Positions 11,761 through 25,041 are shown, numbered from the stretch's first letter. The stretch: DNA of 64,000 bases from Sphyrna mokarran (GCA_024679065.1 JAGIQG010000019.1:23622001-23686000), one strand, 5' to 3'. Made by a program: numbers and translations. The notes: generated by a model from the letters alone, not told the origin.

Positions 11761-12070
11761 TCCCAACGTCTATGGGAGGGATGGGCGGGAACCTCTGGGA
11801 CACTGGGGTGCCTGCGCAATGATGCCTCAAGAGATCAGCAATAGGCTTAGGTTCCAAGCAGCACCCCTCCCCCCCCCCCTCACCACCAGTTCTCCTACTG
11901 ACAAGAATCACATCCTGGCACGTTTTTGTACTGAGTGCCACAATAAGACTGTGACTCACAGCTCACCAAAAAAGAAGCCACACAATTCTCTCCCATTTTC
12001 TTACTCGTTCTACACTTCAAAACTTTTTTATAAAATTCTGCCGTTAGAATTTTTCTGTAAGATCGTGCCC
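11760..12070. mobile_element. One arm of a Harbinger-like non-autonomous element
   Basis: ctgacaagaatcacatcctggcac...gtaagatcgtgccc|TAA; homologous arm at about 46400-46733 also ends aagattgtgccc|TAA. Confidence 0.6.
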
Positions 12071-12424
12071 TAAGGCTAGAATCTTCTGGATATTTGTGTC
12101 CCGGCTGCAACCAGGAACAGAGAACGTGGCGATAGGGGTTTGGCCATCGTGCCTGGGTCTATGCTGCTGGAGACCAGTAGTGATTCTCGCCAGTCTCGCT
12201 CTGCGCCCAAAGGTCAGAAGCTCCCGGAAACTGGGAGGATCCGGCATCGAACTAACTTGCATATTTAAATAGTCTTTTAAATATGTTGAACGGCCTTGCA
12301 GCCATTCTGGACATGATCCGGATTTTACCATTAAAAATGGACTGGAACGATTGCAAACTATTTGGCGCCAAGCACAGAATTGATTTTTAGCCCTCCATGG
12401 TCTGGGGCTCAGCTTCTTCCTCTG

Positions 12425-13245
12425 CAACTGGATCGTAGACATCCTAACCTACAGATCTCAGTCAGTAAGGATAGGTAACAACACTGCTTCCACGATCGCC
12501 CTCAACACCAATGCCCTGCAAGGTTACCTCTCCAGCCCCCTACTATACTCCTTATACACTTATGACCAAATTCCCATCCAAGTAAAAATGGTCAAGTGCT
12601 TCAGAGTTCTAGGTGTTCAGTTCACCAACAATCTGTTCTGGTCACTCTATGCTGGCACTATAGCTAAGAAAGCCCACCAATGCCTCTGCTTTCTCAGAAG
12701 CCTAAGGAAATTCAGCATGTCTACATGACTCTCACCAATTTTTACATTGCAGTATAGAAAGAATCCTTTCTGGATGTATCAAAGCATGGTATGGCTCCTG
12801 CTCGGACCAACACCACAAGAAATTACAAAGGGTTGTGAATGTAGCCCAGTCCATCACGCAAATCAACCTCCCATTCATTGACTGTCTATATTTCGTGCTG
12901 TCTCAGAAAAGCAGCCAGCATAATCAAAGACACGACGCATCTCGGACATACTGCCTTCCACATTCTTCCATCAGGAAAAAGATGGATAAGTCTGAGGTCA
13001 CGTACCAACAGACTCAAGAACAGCTTCTTCCCTGCTGCTGTCAGACTTTTGAATGGATCTATCCTATATTAAGCTGATCTGTTTCTTCACCCTTTCTATA
13101 ATTCTAACACTATATTCTGCACCCTACCCTTTACTTCTCCCCTACGTACTCTATGAACAGTTTGTTTTGGCTGTGTAGTTCACAAGAAACAATACTTTTC
13201 ATTTTATCCCAATGCATGTGACAATAATAAATCAATTCAAATCAA
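12425..13245 (+). mobile_element. Rex1/Babar-type LINE 3' fragment (internally deleted)
   Basis: Remnant frames: [34 protein letters not shown], and LPSGKRWISLRSRTNRLKNSFFPAAVRLLN (Rex1 C-terminus); tail tgtgacaataataaatcaattcaaatc. Confidence 0.75.
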
Positions 13246-13721
13246 TAAAAATGAACCCCTTGTCTGCTTAGACGCAAGCCTTTCAAATTGAATTGCTTGC
13301 AACTCAGCACGTGAACATTAAGTACACACGCCGATTTGGTGTATAAAAGGGGGAAAAGCCCTGACACCATTCTCATCTGGTTAAAACAAAAGTGTGTTTC
13401 GGCATTTCCAATGGCTGATCAAATTGATTTTAAATGAACAATGTCACATTATAGACTCCCTTCTTCTCGTTATAAGCTTTTTACAATAGTTATGATGTAG
13501 CAAAAATATCTTAATTAATTTTGTACAGTGATCTTCCCACCTCTCCTCTTTTCTTCCTTCCCATTAGGTAATTACAATTTATTGGTATATCATTCAATAG
13601 ACACCAGAAACCCCCTTGATGTTATCTTGTTAGATGTCCATCTTTATGCCCAAGTCTAGACAGTGAGTGTTGACAAATTATTTGAGATGGGAAGAGTATT
13701 ACAGACAAACGTACTGGATTA

Positions 13722-13826
13722 TCACACATGCCCATAAAAACTCACATGCACTAGTGCATAGACACATGCACATGTGCACAGGCATACACACATATGCACA
13801 TAGACATATATGCACACACATGTACA
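13722..13826. repeat. Degenerate (CA/TG)-rich purine-pyrimidine repeat
   Basis: cacacatg...gacacatgcacatgtgcacaggcatacacacatatgcacatagacatatatgcacacacatgtaca. Confidence 0.75.
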
Positions 13827-13924
13827 GGCAGAATCTTGTATTGTTTTACATTCCTAGCAGGTGCCATTAGATTTGCTGCCATAGTAAAGCAGAACTCTAT
13901 TTTTCCCGTTTGTGAAGATGGACT

Positions 13925-14230
13925 TATGGCAGAATGGTTGGATAGTAGTTAGCATTGCTGCCTCAGAGTGCCAGGGACCCAGGTTAGATTCCTTGTTTGG
14001 AATCTAAACAACTGACTGTTTAGTTTGTGCAGAGTTTGTCCATTCTCCCTGTGTCTGCGTGGGTTTCCTCCGGGTGATCCAGTTTCCTCCCACAGTCTAA
14101 GTGATGTGCTAGTTATATGTATTGGCCATGCTAAATTCTCCCACAGTGTATCCGAACAGGTGGAGAACTAGAGGGTTTTCACAGTAACTTCAGTGTTAAT
14201 GTAAGCCTAATGACACTAATTAATAAACTT
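13925..14230 (+). mobile_element. HE1/V-SINE, tail type B
   Basis: V-domain plus tail ttttcacagtaacttcagtgttaatgtaagccta...tgacactaattaataaac, as at 101-407. Confidence 0.85.
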
Positions 14231-15639
14231 AAAAAAAAGCTTAAACCTTTTCACTTTTGATACTCAATGTGCTGCTCAGTTGGAGTGTATTTATTGTAAA
14301 CTCTGAAAGCCTAAAAGTAGCATCATGCACTTCTACAATGTCCAAGAGATAATTAAATCTTAATATATGTGCGCTTGAAGAATTCAAAGCTTTAGATCAT
14401 GCTCAGTTGAACTCAATTTTTCACAAATGCATGACATGAAATTCTTGATAGTTGTACTACTGTGTCCACTGAATCATAGTCAGTTTATTCCATTCAAATG
14501 CACTCCAAAGTCAAGAAATATACATTAGGTCAGACTACAAAAAATCCATATTGTAGCATCACAACAAGGAAAGGTTAAACATCCATTGAATATTGATCTT
14601 ATTTGTTACAACAAACATCTTATTATCAACGTGACCACATTGAACCTTTAGCAGGAACACTATTATAGTATATACAATGAAATATAGCATAAATTAATGA
14701 TTTCCCCCATGCTAATTTTAGGATGACAGGTAATAAAGTAGTAGACTCATGTAGTTAATTAACTACACACGGGTCTCATGCAGACTCAATGTTTCACTGT
14801 CAGCATCTATAACCTTGGAGGTAAAAGATAGTGTCACAAAAAAGTGATTAATGAAATGAATATGCCATGTTAACAGTAAAATATCACCATTGCCCTTTTG
14901 GAGCAGCAGGTTCTATTTCGAACTAATCAAAATAATCAGTGGTTATTTTAACTCAAAAGAAACCTGTAGCATTTCTAAAAGGTCTTCAGTGCTCAAATAG
15001 CTTTCATCTGAAAATACTTGGCAATACCTTCCAGCAATTTAGAGAAAAGTAAAACCTTCAATGCTAAAAAGGATCAGCACTATAGTGGATGATACTCAAT
15101 TCACACTAGAAGGTTTGTGTAAGCAATATCCCTAGTGGCTTGCTTGAATAAAGCTGACCGCATTAATGAGTCCTCTACTCTTTATAAAATAGGATTGTGG
15201 GTTGCTTCATTCACCAAACAGTATTCTTCTGGGAAATATTAGAACCACAAAATTTATTTAAATCAGTTCTATTTTCTCTCTTTCCCTCACTCTCTCTCTC
15301 TCGCTCTCTGATTAGTCTGTTGGTATTTCAGAATGAAATGCCTTTATTCCAGCTTTGACAACCAATATCAGCAGCAAGCATTTTCAAGGCCACATATGAC
15401 ACTCCCACATGTGCTCTTTACGTGGAAACTTATCTGATTACAATTAGCACAAAGCTTACAGTGTGTATATGTCACCAACTTTGATCGGCCAGATATTTGG
15501 AGGTTCCTCTTTACAAGTGTCCCACCCCCACACTCCCACCATGGGGTGCCCAACGTAGCTACGCTTGTGATAGACTACCTCCACACCAATCGAAACATGA
15601 ATACTTGTTCAGTCCATGATTGGATAATCCTTCATGGTC

Positions 15640-15880
15640 AGTCAAGAGCCAGAGCTGATCTGCCTGGTTAGAATTTGAAGAAAAGCTTGGTAGTTAACTA
15701 TTCTCTGGCTGCATTCTCCATGGCAATGCCTCAATCAATCAGAATTCTCTTGCCAACCAATCAGCACTGTCTTCTCATGCAGTATAAATTGTTGTTCTCT
15801 TTACTGTACATTTATCTTGTGAGTTGCCTTGATGAGTACAAGAGGAAAAGTTTTGGTAGCATGATTTTTTTCAGCAATAT
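15640..15880 (+). mobile_element. Penelope-like pseudo-LTR relic
   Basis: CCAAT-like boxes, TATAAA, then TTGATGAGTACAAGAGGAAAAG; homologous to 11440-11617. Confidence 0.55.
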
Positions 15881-15882
15881 CT

Positions 15883-16535
15883 GGGCAGAATTCTCTCATC
15901 CTGCTGCAGTGAATGGAGATTTGGTTGAGGGGCTAGAGCATGATTGGGTTGGAGCCTGAGGAGGGGTCATGAAATCATGAAGAGGGGAGTCATGAAAGTG
16001 GGGGGCTGTCATGAAATGATATGTCATAAGGGGGTGGGGGTCATGAAAGAAAGTATAAAGGGAGGGATTATGAAAAGGGCCATGAAGAGGAACCCATGGG
16101 AGGGCCACAGTGCCAGCGATCTTTGTTGGGGAGGGGGCTGGATAAACGTCCTCTCAATGAGGAGAGAGGTTGTCCCCAATGTCCATGGGAGAGGGAGAGG
16201 CGTCCACAATATCAATTTGAAATTGAGATGCCCTTTAAACAGGATACCCAATCTTTGCGAGTGTGTGTTTAGACTCCACCCCTCTCAGAACCAGTGCAAA
16301 ACTCACCAGTCTCTAAAAAAAAGACCAAGTGTGGGAAAATTGCAATCTGGTTTGTGACGGACGCATCAATTTTCACACTTGAAATGACACGTACCTCAGG
16401 ATTCTCAAACCTCATCCACGGCTGGAATTTTCCAGTTCCACTCCTGGGAATAGAGATTTGGCTAAGCGTCAAATCGGCAGTGGTATGAGACCAGAAATTT
16501 CCAGCCTTAGTAAATTATTTTGGGAAAATTGCACC
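15883..16535. mobile_element. Harbinger-like TIR element with internal TCATGAA minisatellite and a nested 87-bp MITE (16420-16506)
   Basis: Ends gggcagaattctc ... gggaaaattgcacc; nested GGCTGGAATTTTC ... GAAATTTCCAGCC. Confidence 0.5.
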
Positions 16536-19500
16536 TTAAGTACTTGAATTTTATTTGTGAAAAGGGTTACAGATTCATATGTTCGCACTTCTTCCTTTTT
16601 CATCATGGATATTATTAGGCATTTATTTTAATTATGCACTGCACAATGTAATATTTTATTAGTTTATCATATCCAAAATAAATACATACAAATAACAATA
16701 AAAAAATCAGACTAGTTTAGTGGAGATCTGCAAATCCAAATTTGGGATTTAAATTTTTGAAAATGAGTATTCAATGCCCATACTAGCGGGTGCATTTGGT
16801 TTGGCATATGCTTTCATTTAAAATAAAATCTAAATAATTACAGAACTAAGCAGTGAATTGGATTTACCAAACAGTGAGTTGTTCGTAATTGACACAAGCC
16901 AAGATGAAATATCTCCTCCTACTCATGACTGCCAGGAGGCACAAGTCAAGCTAATTTGGCAATCCAGTGCACATTCTGCAGGGAAATAGAATAAATGCAA
17001 ATTGTATAGATTGTTAATCAGCTGTCCCTCAATTCAAGGATGATGTGAGTTTCTGCTATTGGAAAGATGGTAATCCCCCACAGTCTGGCTTCCCAGCCAA
17101 GAGAGAGTTGCACACAGTTTATGACAACTTTTCTAGTCCCTTCCCAATTTGGGAGGGTAGAGGGCATCCTGGAGTCTGCTCAGACATAGATGCTTCTGCC
17201 CAACAACGACTCTGTCTCAACATAAGTATCCAATGACCTTCTTGCATCTATCGTCTGCATGCATGTTCTTAACTAGAGGTTCTCGGCTTCACTAGTCCTG
17301 TCCCTGCCACCAATTCTGCATTGCTATAGGCACTGGAAAATGGACTCTGTTAGAAGCCTGCAATGCCATTGTTTAAAAATGGGATCTTGGGATGCCATCA
17401 TTGTCAGCACTAACTTCACCGGTTAGTAGTCAGATTTTGGTGAAGTGTTGAATAACGATGTCCAGGACCACCGGGTGCAGCAGCCACCTTTGTCCTCGCA
17501 GCTGATGAGAAAGGGGCTGGAATTTTCTGGTTGTAGGCCCTTGAGGGATTTTTTTCATGGCACAATCCTGTTGACAATGGCAGGACCACAAGATACTGCC
17601 GCAGGCTAATAGTGTACCACCTCTGCTGCTGTGAACATGATGGGTTGCACAGATAATCCTACCCATGTTCTTTCAGCTTTGTTGGTTTAAGCTGCAACTT
17701 TAGTGTTAGAAGTATACAACATTGCCATTGTTATGTATGATATTTGAGCAGGGAATGTTGCCAGCAGCTTCAAACTGAGTAAGTGGCCCATTCAGCACAC
17801 ATCAGGGTATTTTTATTAAGATATAATTATTGTATTTTTTTCCTTTTTACTGTCCTTCAACACATTATTGAAATACCTGAATTCTATATTTTTTATTTCA
17901 TGCTAGATCTGAATTTATTGAATCTTCTAGTCAACAATCACGTGAAACATGACATTGTTTTAGGCAATATTTAAACATTTCTGTTTACTCAGAAGGATTC
18001 ACTTTAATGGTGAAATAAATACAGTAAAGTTAAGTTTGTGTTTTTTTCCATATAACTATAGATATCTGTGCTAAATAAAGAAATTCAAATAGTGATATTT
18101 ACTATATTTTAACTGCAGCAGAATCAATACAATATTTAAGGCCAATGAATTAGAGTACATGAGGCTGTAAAAATTTTTGAATTAAAAAGGCTTGTCAATT
18201 TTGAAGCTTCCAGTTAAATTAAACACCACTTTAGCAAAGTCAATCAATGTTGACACAATGGCCAGTCATTAATATGCAATATTTATCAATTATGTATTAA
18301 AGCTCAAACTTCGATAAAGTTTTTATAGAAATTGTAATTTTGTTTTTTTTAATAGAAACCATTACAATAAATCTATTTAGACATTTATTTCACCAATGCT
18401 AAGTGAATTAAATCCAAAAATTCAGTGAAGCGTCTTAGTCAAGTTGACGGCGCACTACTTGGAGACCATCTTTCAACATGAGAATTGAATTAATTGAAAT
18501 ATTGGGCAGAACTTTGCTTTTCAACTCTGGACCCTGGCATTATGATTACCTGGGTATCTAAACACCACATGGTGTTAGGAGCTGTCACCTGGCAGGCAGC
18601 AGTCAGAGGGTATGCCCAACATTTGGATAAATCCAGTGGTTGAGCTTTTTTAGAAGTCTGAATATTAAGCTGGCTTTCACTTAATTACAGTTCAGTTAAC
18701 ATAAAGAACGTATTCTGGTTAAAGGCATTTCTTTAGTTTCCAGGCCTAGTCAAAATATGGAAAAGAGAGTGATTTGAAACAATTCCAGATCACTCTAAAG
18801 TTATATTACATTCAATATTATAATTATACAATTTTTGAAAGTCATTTTCTTGCCCCTTGCCAACCTCAGCCGGGTATGAGCCAATCATTATTAATATACA
18901 TTATTAACCTTGGCCATTAACATTTACCCTCTGACAGCATGGAAATATGAGAGTTTCTGGGTTTTGAGAGTCTTTCTCAAAGGAATGTTTCCTAACATTC
19001 TCTAGACCTTTTTATCTGATGTAATGTATGATCTATTCATTGACCAGTCTGAGATCTCTATTGCTGTCCTCAGCTAGTGAATATTCTATTCATAAGGATT
19101 GTCTGAAGACACTGATAAGAATTGCCTTTCCCTTCTCTCAGTAGCTGCATTGTTCTGAAGAATTTGGTTCTTTTTTACTTGACTACATCCCATCATGCCT
19201 TAGAGCAGTGTGGCATTAACCAAGATGTATGCTTTTAATACAGAATATCTTTTCACAAATACATGTTTAAATTCTCTCACAGCAGCTATAAACCTTATAG
19301 TTTACAAAGGTTTATATACCTTTATAAACTATATTCCAAACACTCTGTGACTTCACTCTAAATTAATCTACGCTGATCTGATAGTCTTTAAGTCCTAAGT
19401 TATTCTGAACTCTCTCTTACAGACAGTAAACTGACTCTCGAAGCTGGAAGGCCAGTAGGAGACTTTACAACATAGAAGGAGCTGCAGCTTCCCGTCGCAG

Positions 19501-19929
19501 GTAAAGGAGGAAGAAGACATGTTCATCTTGAAGCAAGTTTCAAGAAACTTTAAACAAGTTGCAATAATAATTGACCACAGCTGCCGGACCATCATTGTGA
19601 AGAAAGAAGACTTCCACAGCATGAGCAGGGAAGGAACTGCCTGGAGTCCCCCAGTCTGTCACCTGGAGGCCTGTTTAAAATTCTGGGGTGGAGGACAAAG
19701 ATCAACTGAACAATGCTAATTTTCTGCTAATAGGCCTTAATTGTCCTAGTACAATTGACTACCTACTGCTTGTAGGCTTGAAACTATATTAGGACAAAAA
19801 GCCAGCTCTTGGACACAGCAGCAGTTTTATTATATTCATCTCCATCGTGCTTTAAGCCTCAATTTTTCCATCTCATATTACGTGCCTTTGATTTTCTCAA
19901 TATCTCAAATACATCTACGACCCTGTCAG

Positions 19930-20190
19930 TGGGACGGTATGGTGGCACAGTACATTGCTTCCTCACAGCACCAGGAACCCAGGTTCAATTCTGGCCTCGG
20001 ATCACTGTGTGGAGTTTCCCCCATATTTATGTATGTTTTCTTGGGGTTTCTCCCACACTCCAAAGAGTGGGTGATTGGCTATGCTAAATTCCCCCTTAGG
20101 GTAAATTCTTAGGGTTATGGGGATGGAGCCTGCGTGGAATTGTTGTTGATGGGCCGAATGGTTTTCTGCACTGTAGGGATTCTACAATCC
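19930..20190 (+). mobile_element. HE1/V-SINE, tail type A
   Basis: ggtggcacagt head; ends gggccgaatgg...ctgcactgtagggattcta. Confidence 0.8.
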
Positions 20191-21892
20191 TAATCCAGCT
20201 CATTACTTTTTTGGTGTGTGTATGTCGAAGAGAGAATAAAAAATGTTGATGAGACACAAATTGTTATTCCTTTCCACTAAAGGTTATCGGTGAGGCCTTC
20301 AGTGACTGGGGCGTACAAACACCTATTAACATTGAGCTGCAAACACACACTGATATTCTACCATTAGATTTTACTAGCATGTTAAGTATGCTATCTTTAT
20401 AGAGCACATTGAACATATCGTTAAGAGCAAAGTTTTCGTTACTTCAATTATTGCAGTCGTTAAGAGTTATGCAATGATGTCTGAATGGATTCTGTCAAGC
20501 ACAAGCAGCTATGCTGAGTTGCAAAAACAACTGGCTTGTAAAGAAACAACATTTTTGTGAGTTGTAAAAAGATTATTTAAAATTACCAGCATATGCATTC
20601 AGAAACAGCTCAAGGAGAGTACTATGTGGAAGGAAGAGCTTGGCAGCATGAAACAGTATTCACTTGTCATTGAAACATCCTTCACAGTACAACCAAGGTA
20701 ATTCCTTTATGTACAGAAGAGTGCATTTCAACATTACATTTGGTCTAAGGCATACCTGCTGACATATCAGCAATTTCCTTATATAACTACTTGGATTGAA
20801 GAACAGCAAAGGCTTAAGATAATTAGGGCACTTCAGTCACAGCCTTTTGATGCAATTTATCTGAAAGATTGATCTTCATGCTTCAGTTGCACTCCAACAG
20901 TGCTGGATGCATTTCTGCTGAAATTAGCATATGAATGAGATCAGGGAAAATACTCAGGTCCTGAGCTGTTTATCACCAGATTTCTGCACGAATTGTGTTT
21001 CAGGAAGTTATTTTTGGGCACTCACAGCCTGTCACGCTGGCAAAACATACAATCAGCAAAAAGAGACTCTTGGTCAGTTACTCCTGGAAACAATTGTGAA
21101 AAAGCAGGATCAGATCAGAAAATAGGTGCATCATGATGTGCAATTAATCTGTAGCAAGGCAGCACACAAACTTTATACTGTCTGTTTATTTCAGTGGAAA
21201 TGGAATGCAGATCAACACTAATTGTGCTGCTAAGTCTACCCTAAACATTCAAGCTACAGCGAGTGCTGCAACTGGTTTCAGAAGAGCATCAGAGTAGGGA
21301 ATGGAGTGGACACAGGTACAGCTGGCCAGATATGGTACTCCCAGGTTCTCTGTGGCAACTGCAGGACTTGGTTCAGCAGTTAAATAGAAGGAAGGGAAAG
21401 AGGTTATATTCTCTCAGGGGCTACAAAGTCCTTCAAACAGATGCTATAGACACAGTGACAGCAGGTAACCTTAAGTCAGTGCCAGTGGTCTAGCTCAGAG
21501 GATTTGATTCAAATGGTCAAGATCAGATGTATACTTCTTCATGAATTGTTAGGCTCCCACATGCCACTCTTCCACTCTCCTCAACATTTTCTGCCAACCA
21601 TAATTCATAGCTAACATTTATAAACCATCTTGCCCCCCAGATTTAGCACTACTGCAACTCTAACACGGATGTACATTACAGCTTGGAAATATTGTCATCT
21701 ATATACTGCATCTATCACACCACACTCATTAACAAACCTCCCTCCCTGTTGCAGGATAATGTGGCCCATAACTGGAGGCAGCAGCACCTTACAGCGTTGA
21801 TGCTGGTCATCAGCGGAGTGGCCACAATTGAGTCTGTATCCGACAATGTGATGAAACCATAGAGTACGGTCCTGCATCTTTTTTCTCCTCCA

Positions 21893-22241
21893 TAGAACTA
21901 CAAAATTCCTATTGTGCAGGAGGACATTCATGCCATCAAGTCTGCATTGACTCTCCAAAAGAACATCTCACCCAGGTCCTCTTTTCTGCCCTAACACCAT
22001 AACCCCATGCATTATACCAGCGTTAATTCATTTAATCTGCACAACTTTGGACAACAGAAGGCAATTTAGCATGGTCAATCTATCTAACATACACATCTTT
22101 GGACTGAGAGGAAACCAGAGCACCCAGAGGAAATCCACATAGACATGAGGAGGATATGCAAACTCACACAGACAGTCACCCAAGGCAGGAATTGAACTGG
22201 GTCCCAGCTGCCATGAGGCAGCAATGCTAATCACTGTGCCA
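21893..22241 (-). mobile_element. HE1/V-SINE
   Basis: tttagcatggtcaatc...catctttggactg...gaggaaaccagagcacccagaggaaatccac...gctaatcactgtgccac. Confidence 0.8.
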
Positions 22242-22324
22242 CTTCAACTTACATCTCTTTTGATTCATGCACTGCAGAGATTTCTTGCTTTCCCCATCCT
22301 TTCTTCACCAAGCTTATCAAATAC

Positions 22325-23130
22325 CACCACAACATCTACACAGCAATGTGGAAAATTATCCAGGTATGCCCTGTGCACAAATCCAATCTGACTAATTACC
22401 ACCCATCAATCCACTCAATCATCAGCAAAATGATGGAAGGGGTCTTTGTTACAGATATCAAATGGCACCTGCTCAGAGAAAACCTATCCACTGATGCTCA
22501 ATTTGGATTCTGCCAGGCAAAACATACAATCAGCAAAAACGAGACTCATGGTTAGTTAGCCCTGGAAATAGCGATGAAAAATGGGATCAGATGAGAAAAC
22601 AGGTATGAGAATCATGATGTGCAATTAAACTGTAGCAATGCCAGCAGCACTTAGCTTATGACTTTATTACAGCCTTAATGCAAAAATGGACAAAAGAGCT
22701 AAAGTGACAGCTACTGAACTTGACACCAAGGTTGCATTGGACTCGAGTGCCGCATCAAGGAGCCCTAGCAGAACTGGAGTGAATGGGAGTCAAAACGGAA
22801 AAGCGTCTGCTGGTTGGAGTCATACCTGGCACCAAGGATTGTGATTGATGGAGGTCAATCATTTCAGTCCTATGACATTACTGCAGGAGTTTCTCAAGTT
22901 CCTAAGTCTTCAGCTGCTTCATCAATGGCTTCATTCTATCATGAAGATCATCAATGTGAATATTCACAGATGATTGCACAATGTTCAGCACCATTTGGAA
23001 CTGACTCCTTAAGACACTGAAGCAATCCATATCCAAATGCAGCAAAGACTTATACAATATTCAGGCTTGGTGTGCCAACCAGCAAGTTACATTATACCAC
23101 ACAAGTGCCAGGCAATGACTATCCCCAAGC
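22325..23130 (+). mobile_element. Decayed CR1-clade LINE reverse-transcriptase fragment
   Basis: Remnant peptides MWKIIQVCPVHK..NY.P..SIISKMMEG..DAQFGFCQ and WLESYLA..GQS...ITAGV.Q; multiple frameshifts. Confidence 0.75.
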
Positions 23131-23589
23131 AAATTGTTTGGCATCATGAGAAATCAGTCTTTGATTCTGTAAGACCAACTCTTCTATCATTTGCTACCTC
23201 TTGGCTTCCACTATATCACAAACTTTTCTTTGTGCTTGTGTCATCCACTTCTTGCTCAAAATCCATGACATCTCTAACTTTCCCCAGTTCTCTGAAAAAC
23301 CATCAATATGGAATATCAACTCCCTGACTTGCTTGTGGTTGGCTATTTCTGTTCACATTTCAATCTTTTAGATATGCTTGCAACTGAATTGAGATTTCCA
23401 TTGTTGGAAAAAGTTACCCCTGAAAATTTGTCCTTGCACTGTATCTGAACTGGAGTTCCATAGATCATTAGTACAAGTTTTTCATAAGGGTCAAGCTGGT
23501 ATCAAAAACTGCATAGAGGAAACATTTTGACAAGACTGAAGAAATAAATAATTCAGAACAGATAAAGACTCTCCCTTATGTTGAAAGGT

Positions 23590-24380
23590 CAAAGCAACAT
23601 AGATTTATATGATGCTTTTAATGTCAAAAAAATGAATTCAAAGCACTTCACTGAGGAACAGTGGGATGGATACAAACATTTGACAGACAATCAAATGATT
23701 TGGCACAAAAAATACTTCCATTGATAATAGTAATTTTCATGATCGCAGGACATACTTTACAGCTAATGAAGGACTGCTGAAATGCAGTTACAGTTCCAAT
23801 GTAGGAAACACAGCAATCAATTGGTACACTACAAATTCCCATAAGCTACAACATGGTAATCACATCATCTGATTTTATGATGCTGATAGCTTTTTCCCCA
23901 GGGTGGAAGAGTCAATTACTAGGGCAAGTTTTAAAGATGTACAAAGCAAGCTTTACACAGAAGGTGGTGGGTGCTTGAAAGTCACTGCCTGGGGAGGTGG
24001 TGAAATGAGGTACAAGAGTGCGTTTGGACAAATACGGGAATAGGATGGAAATAGAGGAATATTGTCTCTGGAAGGGTAAGGGGTTTTAATTCAGTCAGTC
24101 AGCATTGTCTATGCAGACTTGGAGGATGAAGGGCCTGTTCCTGTGCTGTAATTTTCTTCTGTTCTCTGATCAAAAATATTGGCCAGGACAGTGGGATAAC
24201 TCTCCTGTTCTTCAGAATTGTGCTATGGGATGTTTTACATTTGCAAAGCAGGAAGATTACCTCTCATTTGAAAGGCAGCACTTCCAACAACTCCCACATA
24301 CTGCATTAGAATATCAGTGTTGGTCGTTGTGCTCAAGCTCTGGAATGGGACTTGAACCTGAAACTTTGCAACTTGAATAT
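23590..24380 (-). mobile_element. DeuSINE (SacSINE1-like), split by a CR1 3' fragment at about 23889-24165
   Basis: Deu-domain in reverse (aatattggccaggaca..gggataactctcctgttcttc...tgctatgggat; ctttacagctaatgaag...gtaggaaacacagc) on both sides of the insert. Confidence 0.65.
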
Positions 24381-24636
24381 AGTACCAACTGAAAACGCAT
24401 CTAATCTTTTGGAGGTGTAGAGAGAAAGAAAAATGATGGCTTTTGGGATGGGATAGGGATGTGATCCACCAAATGTAAAGCAGCAAGTAAATGAATGCAG
24501 AAGTCTAAGAAAATCAGGAATACATAAGGCTTGTGGGGGGGGGGGGGGGTGTCACAGATGTAGATAGGCAATATTTACAAGGGATTTTCAGATGAAGAAA
24601 ATTTGAAGTTCAATATATTTCCTACCCTATAAAAGT

Positions 24637-24868
24637 TGGGCAGCACAGTGGCACTCAGCACCAGTGACCCATGCTCAATTCTTGCTTGAGTCATTCTCTG
24701 TGCAGAGTTAGCGTGGGTTTCCTCCTAGTCTAAAAGATGTGCTAGTTAGGTGAGTTCACAATACTAAAATTCTCCCTGTTTATCTAAACAAGTGATTAGA
24801 GGATTTTCATGGTGATTTCATTGCAGTGTTATCATGAGCATATTTGTGACACTTAATAATAAATAAAC
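24637..24868 (+). mobile_element. HE1/V-SINE, tail type B, internally deleted
   Basis: gggcagcacagtggcac head; tail ttcattgcagtgtt...tttgtgacacttaataataaataaac. Confidence 0.7.
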
Positions 24869-25041
24869 AAGTTACAAAATGGAAGTGGTTATTTTGCCCA
24901 AACAGTATGTCCATACATATAGTCCAAGTCACATTTGCCCATCCAAATCTATATTTTTCATTAATCTATCCAATCTACAAATTCTATAATTTCTGCCTCA
25001 ACCAGTAACCACAAAGCAAATTCCAGCTTTCATTCACTTAG

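Noticed and set aside
15944-16357. 137-aa ORF and a CRISPR-like appearance
   Set aside because: The ORF is a by-product of a G-rich TCATGAA minisatellite. The repeats are only 7 bp, irregularly spaced, in eukaryotic DNA and without cas genes.
20400-21500. Possible decayed retroelement or pseudogene coding sequence
   Set aside because: The composition looked coding-like, but no motif could be identified in any frame.
24535-24549. Poly-G run (and poly-C at about 11869-11879)
   Set aside because: Simple homopolymers with no supporting structure; lengths are also error-prone in assemblies.
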